A stretch of DNA of 64,000 nt, taken from NCBI GenBank assembly GCA_965203055.1, contig OZ241863.1, positions 3,808,001-3,872,000 of the forward strand, written 5' to 3'. This document shows positions 41,226 through 50,212 of this stretch, one piece after another. The stretch is from Spirochaetia bacterium. Its GTDB lineage: Bacteria > Spirochaetota > Spirochaetia > SZUA-6 > Bin103. The number at the start of each line of letters is the position of its first letter. Within the stretch, counting starts at the first letter, position 1. A program made the translations under genes and the position numbers. The notes under the pieces are model-generated. The model ran no database searches. It was given only the letters and a program-made list of their open reading frames with translations, and was not told the DNA's origin.

Positions 41226-42152
41226 TCACGCCTGCTCCGGGTCGATGCCGGCCCGGCGCAGCATCGCCTCCAGCCGGTCAGCGCGGCGCCGTTCCTGCTC
41301 GGCGCGGCCGCGTTCCTGGTCAGCGCGGCGCCGTTCCTGCTCGGCGCGCCCGCGTTCCTGCTCGGCCGCTTCCTTGCCGGTGGGGATCAACTCGCCGCGC
41401 GCGTCCGTCCAGCGCAGCCACCGGCTCCGCACGCCCTCGAACTCCCCTTCCCACAGCGTCATTCCCAGCCCCAGCTCCGGGAACCAGGGCCGATCCTGGC
41501 GCTCGTATCCCCCGCCGCTCAACCGGTAGACGCGCAGGTCATCGCTCATCACCCGATGCAACAGGTCCTGGATTACGTAGTAGCCCACCCCCATCTCGGC
41601 GTAGCGCAACCGCTTCCCGCCGATCTCGCCCCCCTTCTGGTTCGACACGATCTCCACCACCAGGTCCGGCACCTTGCCGAACTCCCACACGAAGTAGGAG
41701 CGGTGCCTCTTGTCCCACCAGTTCGGGTTCACCTGCACGTCCAGACTCAGGAACACGTCCGGCACGATCGCCGGATTGCGCGGTTCGGGGAACACGCCCA
41801 CGTTGGCAGCGGTCAGAAACGGGCGCCCGCCGCCCGGGCCGGCCCAGGAAGTGTACAGCGGCTCGGTGAGCAGGCGTTGCTGCTTCTCGGAGGGCATGTT
41901 GTCCACCGGCGTATCATCCTCGGTGACCAGAGATTCGATGTCGAAGCCGGGCGCCGGCGCGGCAGGCGCCGCGGCGCCCGGCGCGGCCCGGGCCGGGGCG
42001 GCCGGCGGCGCGCCGGCCAGCGGCCGCGCGGGCCGGTGCCGCGGAGACCGGGCGGGACCCGTCACCAAGTCCGCCGCCGGCCGCGCCGCGGCGGGCTTGG
42101 CGGCGTGCGCGTCAGGCGCGGAACGACCGGCCGGGAACGTCGGCGAGTCCAT
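41226..42152 (-). CDS. Uma2 (DUF820) family endonuclease-like protein
   Basis: IVPDVFL, PDLVVEIVS, WLRW; C-terminal AEQERxR heptads. Confidence 0.88.
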   Translation of the reverse strand: MDSPTFPAGRSAPDAHAAKPAAARPAADLVTGPARSPRHRPARPLAGAPPAAPARAAPGAAAPAAPAPGFDIESLVTEDDTPVDNMPSEKQQRLLTEPLYTSWAGPGGGRPFLTAANVGVFPEPRNPAIVPDVFLSLDVQVNPNWWDKRHRSYFVWEFGKVPDLVVEIVSNQKGGEIGGKRLRYAEMGVGYYVIQDLLHRVMSDDLRVYRLSGGGYERQDRPWFPELGLGMTLWEGEFEGVRSRWLRWTDARGELIPTGKEAAEQERGRAEQERRRADQERGRAEQERRRADRLEAMLRRAGIDPEQA

Positions 42153-42288
42153 GAGGGAGAGTATAGCCGCACCGCAGGCCCGAAATCTCAAGGCACTTCG
42201 GGACGGCGCGCGGCGTGGCCTCCCTACCCGGCGCCACCACCGGTAGCCGGCGGGTAGCCAGAGGCAGGCCGGGAGGCTATCGTAGCTC

Positions 42289-43362
42289 ATGGTTCGCTTT
42301 GGCATTATCGGCACCGGCGGCATCGCCGCCGGCGGCGCTACGGATCTGGCGGCGCATCCCGACGCCGAGCTGATCGCCGTCGCCGACCCCAGCCGGGAAC
42401 GGGTGACCGCGTTCGCCGCCCGCTTCGGGGTCGAGGCGGTGCTGGAGAACGCGCAGCAGCTCGTGGCGCTGGATGCGGTGGACGCCGTCTACGTGGCCGT
42501 GCCCAACTACCTGCACGCGCCCGTCAGCACCATGGCGCTGCAGGCCGGCAAGCACGTGCTGCAGGAAAAGCCGCTGGCGCTCAGCGCGGCCGACGCCGCA
42601 CCGCTGGCCGCGGCCGCGCGCCAGTCCGACCGCCACTTCATGCTGGGCATGAACCAGCGCTTCGCCCCGCCGGTGCAGCGCGCCCGGCAACTGGTGGACC
42701 AGGGCCGCATCGGCCGGCCCTATCACTGCAAGGCGTACTGGCGCCGACGGGAGGGCATCCCCGGCCTCGGAAGCTGGTTCACCCGCAAGGAGCGTTCCGG
42801 CGGCGGCGGCCTGCTCGACATCGGCGTGCACATGCTGGATGACGCTCTCTACGTGCTCGACGACTTCGACGTCCACTCGGTGTCCGGCGCCACCTACGCC
42901 GAGTTCGGACCGCGCGGTCTGGGCGAAGGCGGCTGGGGCCTCTCGGAACGCTCCGGCGCGCCGTTCGACGTGGACGACTTCGCCACCGCCCTCATCAAGC
43001 TGAAGCGCGGCGCCAGCGTGACGCTGGACGCGGTCTGGGCCATGCACGCCGAGCGGCGCAACGCCATGAACGTCGAGCTGTACGGCACCGACGGCGCCAT
43101 CGACACCTACGGCGAACGGCTCTACCGGGCGCAGGCCGACGGCTACCACATCATCGAATCACCCGCCGCCGGCGACCTCGCCTACCCGCACGCCAGCCGC
43201 TTCCACCACTTCGTGAACGTGATCCTAGGCCGCGAGGAACCATGCGTCACCCTGGAGCAGGCGCTGGTCGTGCAGCGCATCCTGGACGCCGTCTACGCCT
43301 CCGCCGCCACCGGCCGCGAAATCCTCTTTCAACCAACCGAATCAACTCCCGAGGCCAAGTGA
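42289..43362 (+). CDS. Gfo/Idh/MocA oxidoreductase
   Basis: GIIGTGGIA, HVLQEKP, GGGGLLDIGVH. Confidence 0.93.
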   Translation: MVRFGIIGTGGIAAGGATDLAAHPDAELIAVADPSRERVTAFAARFGVEAVLENAQQLVALDAVDAVYVAVPNYLHAPVSTMALQAGKHVLQEKPLALSAADAAPLAAAARQSDRHFMLGMNQRFAPPVQRARQLVDQGRIGRPYHCKAYWRRREGIPGLGSWFTRKERSGGGGLLDIGVHMLDDALYVLDDFDVHSVSGATYAEFGPRGLGEGGWGLSERSGAPFDVDDFATALIKLKRGASVTLDAVWAMHAERRNAMNVELYGTDGAIDTYGERLYRAQADGYHIIESPAAGDLAYPHASRFHHFVNVILGREEPCVTLEQALVVQRILDAVYASAATGREILFQPTESTPEAK

Positions 43363-43431
43363 CTGACTGACTGAGCGTATGTGGACAACCACGCCGCCAT
43401 CCGATAAGATATATGAATATACCTGTGAGCC

Positions 43432-43893
43432 TTGGGTATGAAGATCACGAAACGACAAGAAGACCACGCTATCGTACTGCGTCAGATGAGCGGCATAGGC
43501 GCTGATGATGATACCCTGCCTGGCGAAGTGCAAGTATCTCTTAAGAAAGAGATTAGCGATCTACTTGAGGAGGCGGGAGTCGAGAACTGGGACGGAGAAG
43601 GCGCGACAGCACTTGACGAGGATACGGTTCGCACTGCCGAGATGGTGGTTGACGAGCTGCCGAATTATGCCGGAAGACCTGATGTTTCCGCAACTCCGCA
43701 TGGTGAGGTGGATTTCGACTGGGTAAAAAGGCAAGACTTGATGCTTACCGTAAGCGTTGGCCCGGGCGGTAAAGAGATCGCATTTGCCGGATTGTTTTGC
43801 GGAGCGCGATTGAGCGGACATGATTTGTGGACCGGAAAGCTCCCAAAAACCATGCATTGCTGCTTTGAACGACTGCGCGATTGCTCGAAATAA
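43432..43893 (+). CDS. hypothetical protein (NWDGEGA motif); start uncertain
   Basis: More AT-rich ORF; NWDGEGA..L....PDVSATPHGEVDFDW. Confidence 0.6.
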   Translation: MGMKITKRQEDHAIVLRQMSGIGADDDTLPGEVQVSLKKEISDLLEEAGVENWDGEGATALDEDTVRTAEMVVDELPNYAGRPDVSATPHGEVDFDWVKRQDLMLTVSVGPGGKEIAFAGLFCGARLSGHDLWTGKLPKTMHCCFERLRDCSK

Positions 43894-43912
43894 GTGAACG
43901 GTACAAAAGGAA

Positions 43913-44290
43913 TTGCTCGCTCGATTTGCATTAGAAAGTGGTCGCATTACAGACTCAGTTGTGAAACCCAAGCTGTTTGAACCTAACAGACGGCTTGAGC
44001 TCTCTGTCTTTTTCATAGACGATCTTATCGGTGAAGAAATCAAAGCTATTGGTATAAACGTGGCGACCCAACATCCCACTAGCAAACGACTCTATGGGTG
44101 GGGTGAAATCGACGAGAAAACGGTATATGAGGTCGGGCTGAAAGTGAATCGTGATGACGATCCGGAACGACATGCAAACATCGTTGGTTGGCCGAGAGTT
44201 CGGGAGGAACGAAAGCTGAAACAAATACTGCTGGCATCCTCATCCCGTCCAGTCAGACTTAGTCCGCCGGTCGAAGTCGGTCAACCGTGA
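43913..44290 (+). CDS. hypothetical protein; true start possibly GTG 43894 with a 1-bp indel
   Basis: More AT-rich ORF; LARF...F.P..ELSV...HANIVGWP. Confidence 0.6.
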   Translation: MLARFALESGRITDSVVKPKLFEPNRRLELSVFFIDDLIGEEIKAIGINVATQHPTSKRLYGWGEIDEKTVYEVGLKVNRDDDPERHANIVGWPRVREERKLKQILLASSSRPVRLSPPVEVGQP

Positions 44291-44306
44291 GGGCCGATTG
44301 AAGACG

Positions 44307-45260
44307 ATGCGGATTCTGTTTGCGGATGATACTGACATCAGCCTGGACGGGGACATCGACTTTTCCGGACTGCAGGCGTTGGGGGAGTACCGCAGCCTGC
44401 CCAACGGCTCGGTGGCGGAGATCATCGAGCACGGCGCCGCCGCCGAGGTGATCGTGGTCAACAAGGCGCTGCTCACCGCGCCGGTGTTCGCGGCGCTGGA
44501 CGCCCTGCGGCTGGTGGCGGTGAGCGCCACCGGCTACAACAACGTCGATCTGGAAGCCGCCCGCGGCGCCGGCGTCACGGTGTGCAACGTGGCCGGCTAC
44601 GCCGGCGACACGGTGCCCCAGCACGCCTTCGCGCTGATCCTCAACCTGGCCACCCAGGCCCACCGCTACGCCGCCGACGTCGCCCGCGGCGACTGGCAGC
44701 GCAGCTCCTCGTTCACGCTGCTGCGCTACCCCACCTTCGAACTGAAGGGGCGCGCCATCGGCATCGTCGGCTTCGGGGTGATCGGGCGCGGCGTGGCGCG
44801 CATCGCCGAGGGCTTCGGCATGCGCATCCTCGCGCACGACGCCTTCCCGATCCACGGCAGCCCCTACGCCAACACGCCGCTCGACCGGTTGCTGGCCGAG
44901 TCCGACTTCGTGACCATCCACAGTCCGCTGACCGATCGCACCCGCAACCTGATCGACGCCGCGGCGCTGGCGCGGATGAAACCCACCGCCTGCCTGATCA
45001 ACACCGCCCGCGGCGGGATCGTCGACGAAGCCGCGCTGGCCGCGGCGCTCACCGCCGGGCGCCTGGCCGGCGCCGGCTTCGACGTGCTCAGCGAGGAGCC
45101 GCCGGCGGCCGGCAACCCGCTGCTGGCCGCGCCAAACGTCATCATTACCCCGCACAGCGCCTGGTCCACCCGCGAGGCGCGCCAGAAGCTGATCGACGAG
45201 ACGGCCGCCAACATCCGCGCCTTCATCGCCGGCGCGCCGCGCAACGTGGTCAGCGGCTAG
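44307..45260 (+). CDS. D-2-hydroxyacid (glycerate/hydroxypyruvate) dehydrogenase
   Basis: ATGYNNVD, GIVGFGVIG, INTARG, DVLSEEPP, TPHSAW. Confidence 0.92.
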   Translation: MRILFADDTDISLDGDIDFSGLQALGEYRSLPNGSVAEIIEHGAAAEVIVVNKALLTAPVFAALDALRLVAVSATGYNNVDLEAARGAGVTVCNVAGYAGDTVPQHAFALILNLATQAHRYAADVARGDWQRSSSFTLLRYPTFELKGRAIGIVGFGVIGRGVARIAEGFGMRILAHDAFPIHGSPYANTPLDRLLAESDFVTIHSPLTDRTRNLIDAAALARMKPTACLINTARGGIVDEAALAAALTAGRLAGAGFDVLSEEPPAAGNPLLAAPNVIITPHSAWSTREARQKLIDETAANIRAFIAGAPRNVVSG

Positions 45261-45279
45261 CCGCGGGGCTACACCCGGA

Positions 45280-47559
45280 CTACACCCACACCAGGTTCTC
45301 GGTCTCCGGCTCCACCGCCGGCAGCAGCGCTTCCACCTCTTGCACCGTGGTGGCGGCCAGCATGGAGGCGGCCAGCGCCTGCGCGGCCGGCAGCTCGAGC
45401 GCGGCAATGGCCGCCTGCACCGGCGGCAGGTAGACCGGCTCCACGCTCAGGCTGCGCACCCCGATGCCGACCAGAAACGGCAGGTACTGGGCCTGATGCG
45501 CCATGTCGCCGCAGACCGACAGCGCCGTCCCGCGGCGGGCGCACGCCGCGACCACCGCGCGCAGCGTCCGCAGCACGGCCGGGTGATGCGGCAGGTAGAG
45601 GTGCGCCACCTTCTCGTTGGTGCGATCCACCGCCAACAGGTACTGGATCAGGTCGTTGGTGCCGATCGAGAGGAAATCCGCCTCCTCCGCGAAGTCGTCG
45701 ATCAGCGGCACCACCGACGGCACCTCCACCATCGCCCCGACCGCCACCTCGGCGCTGATCAGATGATCCTCCGCGCGCAGCTCGGCGGCGCACTGCTCCA
45801 CCGCGGCGCGCCCGGCGCGCAGCTCCTCGATGGAAGACACCAGCGGAAACATCACGTGCAGCTTGCGGCCCCCGCTGGCGCGCAGCATGGCGCGCAGTTG
45901 CTGCGTGAAGATGTCGCGGTTGCGCAGGCTGAAGCGAATGGAACGCACCCCCAGAAACGGATTCTGCTCGCGCATCTCGGGGAAGTAGGAGAGCACCTTG
46001 TCGCCGCCGATGTCGAGCGTGCGGAACAGGATGTCGCCATGCGGGAAGCGCGCCACCAGCTCCCGGTACAAGGCGTACTGCTCTTCCTCCGAGGGCAATT
46101 CGCGCCGCACCATGAACGGGAACTCGGTGCGGTACAGCCCGATCCCCTCGGCGCCGAGCTGGCGCGCCAGGTCGGCGTCGCTCATCAGATTGACGTTGGC
46201 CATGAGGCGCACCACCACGCCGTCCGAGGTCGCGGTCTGCGGCTCGATCGCGCCGCACGGCGCGGGCGCCTGCTGCACCGCGATACGGGGGCCGAAGTGG
46301 GCCGCCACCGCCTCGTTCGGCCGCACGTACACCCGGCCATGGTCGGCGTCGAGCAGGATGTCGGTGCCCGGCGCCAGCGCCAGCAGGCGCGGGTCGTCGA
46401 CGATCACCAGCGGCACCATCAGGGAGCGCGCCAGGATCGCGACGTGGGAGGTCACGCCGCCGGTAACCAGCACCACTCCGGCCGCCTGCTGCGACGACAG
46501 CCGCAGGAGCTGCGACGGGAACACCTCGCGCGCAATGACGATCCGCCCGCGCCACTCGGCCGCCTCGGCCTGGGCGTCGCTGACGTTGTGCAGCAGGCGC
46601 GTGACCAGGTCCTTCACGTCGTTGGCCTTCTCGCGCACGAAGCCCACGTTGCTGGACTGGAAGCGGTGCACGTACTGGTTGGCGATGCGCAGCACCGCCT
46701 GCGGTACCGCCACCCCCTCCTCGATGAGCCGTTCGACCGCTTCCGTGAACCCGGGGTCCTTGAGGATCAGCAGATGGGAGGAGAAGATGAGGGAGGCGAC
46801 GTCGGACAGCCGTTCGCCGACCTGCGCCTGCATCTCCTCCAACTGCTCCTCGGTGGCGCCGATCGCGGTGCGGAAGTCGTCCCGCGTCAGATTGGGGCGA
46901 TACTCGGCCTTGGCCAGCGAGTCGTACTGCGATTCCCGGTCCAGCCTCAGACTGGGGCCGCGCGCCAGCCCGCCGGACGCCACCTGGCCTTCGAAGGTGG
47001 CGGCCGTGTCCAACGGCGCGTCGTCGCCGTCGCCGGGACCGGGCGCCGACCCCAGCAACAGACGCGCGTTCTCGATCGCGCCGGTGAGCTGGGCGCCGAC
47101 GGCGCGCAGGCCCTGCACGTCGGTGCGCGTGAACTTGCGGTTCTTCCGGCGCTGCACCACCAGCACCCCGATCCGGGTAATGCCGCGCAGCAGCGGAACC
47201 GCCAGGAAGCATTCGAACTCCTCTTCCCGGAGGTGCGGCACGTGGCGGTAGAACGGGTTGGCGCTGGCTACCGGCTCCACGATGTAGCGAAGCTGCTTGA
47301 GCGCCACCCCGGTGAGTCCTTCGCCCAGCTTCAGGCGCACCTTGCCCACCAGCTCGCGGTTGAGCCCGTGGGTGGCGCTCAAGGTGAGCTCCCGGTCGGC
47401 GGGATCGTAGAGATAGATCGAGCACACCTCGGCGTCCACGTGCAGCGCCACCATCCTGGCGGTACGCTGCAGGAACGTGCTCAGGTCGAGCGCTTCGTGA
47501 AACAGCGCGCTGAGCTCGTTGATGTCGCAGACCAGGCTGTAGTGCTCCACTTCGGTCAT
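45280..47559 (-). CDS. ptsP: phosphoenolpyruvate-protein phosphotransferase with N-terminal GAF domain (EI-Ntr type)
   Basis: GAF (VCSIYL..LSATHGL), TSHVAILARS phospho-His, GLYRTEF, RTLDIGGDK, SIGTNDL. Confidence 0.94.
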   Translation of the reverse strand: MTEVEHYSLVCDINELSALFHEALDLSTFLQRTARMVALHVDAEVCSIYLYDPADRELTLSATHGLNRELVGKVRLKLGEGLTGVALKQLRYIVEPVASANPFYRHVPHLREEEFECFLAVPLLRGITRIGVLVVQRRKNRKFTRTDVQGLRAVGAQLTGAIENARLLLGSAPGPGDGDDAPLDTAATFEGQVASGGLARGPSLRLDRESQYDSLAKAEYRPNLTRDDFRTAIGATEEQLEEMQAQVGERLSDVASLIFSSHLLILKDPGFTEAVERLIEEGVAVPQAVLRIANQYVHRFQSSNVGFVREKANDVKDLVTRLLHNVSDAQAEAAEWRGRIVIAREVFPSQLLRLSSQQAAGVVLVTGGVTSHVAILARSLMVPLVIVDDPRLLALAPGTDILLDADHGRVYVRPNEAVAAHFGPRIAVQQAPAPCGAIEPQTATSDGVVVRLMANVNLMSDADLARQLGAEGIGLYRTEFPFMVRRELPSEEEQYALYRELVARFPHGDILFRTLDIGGDKVLSYFPEMREQNPFLGVRSIRFSLRNRDIFTQQLRAMLRASGGRKLHVMFPLVSSIEELRAGRAAVEQCAAELRAEDHLISAEVAVGAMVEVPSVVPLIDDFAEEADFLSIGTNDLIQYLLAVDRTNEKVAHLYLPHHPAVLRTLRAVVAACARRGTALSVCGDMAHQAQYLPFLVGIGVRSLSVEPVYLPPVQAAIAALELPAAQALAASMLAATTVQEVEALLPAVEPETENLVWV

Positions 47560-47630
47560 ATGCTGCCGCCCGCGCGCGGCCCGCTCCGGCGCCGGCTGCG
47601 CGGTCGGGGTAATATACCGCAGTATTGGAA

Positions 47631-48458
47631 ATGGTGAAGCTTCACGATCAACACCTGCACTCGCGCCATTCGGTCGACTCCAAGGCGGATCCGGCGGCCA
47701 ACTGCGAACAGGCCATCGCCGCCGGTCTGGCGGGCCTCACGTTCACCGAGCACTACGACATGCATCCGAGCGAACGCGACCAGTGCCAATGGGACTACGA
47801 CGCCATCGCCGCCACCGTGGCGGCGCTGCGGCGGCGCTACTCGCCGCCGCTCGCCATCGGCTTCGGCATCGAGGTGGACTACCAGCCGGCGCTGGTCGAG
47901 GAGACCCTGGACTACCTCGACCGGCACCGCTTCGACGCGGTCCTGCTCAGCGTTCACTGGTGCGGCGGCCGCCCCCTGCACCTGCGCCGGCGCTGGCAAC
48001 GGCTCGACGCCGCCGCCATGCGCCGCGACTACCTGGCGACGCTGCGCGAGGCGGCCGAGCTGTGCCGCGAGCTGGCCGCCGCCGGGCACTGCCCGTTCGA
48101 CATCCTCAGCCACCTCGATTACGTCAAGCGCTACCTGCTCAGCTACTGGGGCGCGCCGTTGGGGGCGGTGGAGCCGGCGCTGCTGGACCCGATCCTGGAA
48201 GCGATCATCGCCGCCGGCGTGGTGCCCGAGATCAACACCGCCGGACTGCGGCGCCCGGAAGCCGCGGCCTACCCCGACTGGCCGCTCCTGCGGCGCTACC
48301 GCGAACTGGGCGGGCGCGAGGTGAGCATCGGCAGCGACGCCCACCGCAGCCGCGAGGTCGGGCACGGGTTCGGCGCCATGGCAGCGCGGCTGCAGGCCAT
48401 CGGCTTCGCCGGCGAGACGGTGTTCCGGGAACGCCGGCGGCGGCTCATCTCCTGGTGA
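47631..48458 (+). CDS. PHP-family histidinol-phosphatase (HisJ-like)
   Basis: DQHLHS, FTEH, LSVH, SHLD, EINT, GSDAH. Confidence 0.85.
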   Translation: MVKLHDQHLHSRHSVDSKADPAANCEQAIAAGLAGLTFTEHYDMHPSERDQCQWDYDAIAATVAALRRRYSPPLAIGFGIEVDYQPALVEETLDYLDRHRFDAVLLSVHWCGGRPLHLRRRWQRLDAAAMRRDYLATLREAAELCRELAAAGHCPFDILSHLDYVKRYLLSYWGAPLGAVEPALLDPILEAIIAAGVVPEINTAGLRRPEAAAYPDWPLLRRYRELGGREVSIGSDAHRSREVGHGFGAMAARLQAIGFAGETVFRERRRRLISW

Positions 48459-48630
48459 GGGGGCGGCGTTCCGGCCGCCCGCGCTGCCCACGGAAATACC
48501 TGATAACTCAATCCCCGCGGCGCCAGGGCTTGACCAGTGGCCGGCAGTATCATAGCATCTGGCATAGTTGAGCAGCGCGCCGCGGATCGTGCCATGAGCG
48601 ATGCTGCGCGAGCTGCCGAAGGAGAGGATC

Positions 48631-48903
48631 ATGGGCGAGAAGACGATGACCGTCAGTGCTCTGCGCCAGCAACTGATCGACAAGGCGACCGAGGACAACG
48701 AGTTCCGCAGCCAATTGATAGCGGACCCCAAGGCCGCGATCGAGGCCGAGATCGGCATGACCGTGCCCGCCGAATTCAACATCGAGGTGCACGAGGAGAC
48801 GGCGACGACCAGTCACCTGATCCTGCCGCCCTCCGCCGAGCTCGGGGAAGCTGATCTGGTGCAGGTCGCCGGCGGCTTTTCCTGGGACAACGTGGGCTGG
48901 TAG
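48631..48903 (+). CDS. NHLP-leader (proteusin-type) RiPP precursor, core FSWDNVGW
   Basis: AAGGAGAGG RBS; LIDKA..D.EFR.QL..DPKAAI, VHEET...HLILP, EL.EADL.QVAGG double-glycine site. Confidence 0.9.
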   Translation: MGEKTMTVSALRQQLIDKATEDNEFRSQLIADPKAAIEAEIGMTVPAEFNIEVHEETATTSHLILPPSAELGEADLVQVAGGFSWDNVGW

Positions 48904-48949
48904 CTGCGGTTCTGCCGACCTGCCGGTCTCCTGAATTGAGCGGGAGCGC

Positions 48950-50077
48950 ATGAGCACCGGAGACGACCGCTCGACCGGCGCCGCGCGCGCCTCCTTTGCG
49001 TCGATCCTCGAGCGCTGCCGTTCCCTGTTCCCGCCCGCGCTGCTCGACGCCGCGGGCTGGGAGCGAATCATCCGCGCGGCGAAGCCGCTGCCGCGCGCCA
49101 TTGCCGACACCCACTTCGGCTTCGAGTTCCATCTCGCGGAGCCGAACGCGGACGCTGACTTGGTGGTGCTCGCGATTCCGGGATCGGAGGTGGCGCGGCA
49201 CTACGTCAGCGCGGGGAAGCGCGCCGCGCCCGGGTCGGCGGCGGCGGCGCTCGCAAGCGGACTTGAGCGGCAGGCGGCGGATCCCAACTCCTACCTTGCC
49301 CGAGGAGTGCGCGCCATGATGCTGGAGTACGATATGACGGGACTGGCGCCGCACCGGCCGGTGCCGCCGCCGGGCGTCTTCTTTTCGCCGAGCAAATCCG
49401 CCCCCGGCTCCCGGGGCGGCGTCCCCGAGCACGGAGACGCTGCCGCCCTGCTCGAAGCGCTCGCCGTTACCGCCGGCTGGAACAGCCACCGGGAGATGGT
49501 GCCCACGGTCGAGCGCATCGTCGCGGCGCTGCCGGAGGCGGCGTACGTGTTCCAGGCGGGAGCCCACCCGGCGCGCTCCCCGAAGGGGTTCCGCATTCTC
49601 CTCTGGGACGTCGCGCCACAGGAAGTCCCCGCCCTGCTGCAACGGTTGGAGTGGCCCGGATCGACCGCCGCGGCGGCGGCCGTGCTCGCCGCCATGGACG
49701 ACCTGATCACCTACGTCGCCGTCGGCCTGGAAGTCACCGCGCAGGGGATCGGGCCGCGCCTCGGCCTGGAGCTGTACCGGCCGGTGAGGTGGTTCGACGC
49801 CGATGCCAGAGGGTGGCATCCCTTCATCGACCGGGTCGCGGAGCAAGGCTGGTGCATGCCCGAAAAAGCGGCCGGGCTGCGGTGCTGGCCGGGCGTCGAA
49901 CGGATGCTTGGGGACGGCAAGTTGTACATCGTCCGCCAGGGCATCAGCTACTTCAAGGTCGTGGTCGAACGAGGCGCGCCAATCGCGGCGAAGGCATATA
50001 CCGGCATGTCCGTGCTGCCGTACCGGCACCGCCCCGCCGAGAGTCCCATTCCTCCCCCGGACGCAGCGCGGCCCTGA
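48950..50077 (+). CDS. putative RiPP maturase, ABBA-prenyltransferase-like
   Basis: Directly follows the precursor; GFEFHL, LEYD, GPRLGLELY, SYFKV and terminal AKAY (KxY) motifs. The fold is inferred. Confidence 0.55.
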   Translation: MSTGDDRSTGAARASFASILERCRSLFPPALLDAAGWERIIRAAKPLPRAIADTHFGFEFHLAEPNADADLVVLAIPGSEVARHYVSAGKRAAPGSAAAALASGLERQAADPNSYLARGVRAMMLEYDMTGLAPHRPVPPPGVFFSPSKSAPGSRGGVPEHGDAAALLEALAVTAGWNSHREMVPTVERIVAALPEAAYVFQAGAHPARSPKGFRILLWDVAPQEVPALLQRLEWPGSTAAAAAVLAAMDDLITYVAVGLEVTAQGIGPRLGLELYRPVRWFDADARGWHPFIDRVAEQGWCMPEKAAGLRCWPGVERMLGDGKLYIVRQGISYFKVVVERGAPIAAKAYTGMSVLPYRHRPAESPIPPPDAARP

Positions 50078-50212
50078 AACGATCCCCGATCCTCCCGCTT
50101 CACCAGTTCGCGCCCCGGCCTGACCGGCCGGACCCGGCTTGACCCGGCCTGCCGGCAGATTGCCGCAACGCCCGGAATGGCCTACACTGTGGGCACTCAA
50201 GGAGCAACCAGA

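Noticed and set aside
48631..48903. Nitrile hydratase alpha subunit
   Set aside because: Too short, lacks the CxxCSC metal site, and ends in a double-Gly leader plus core.
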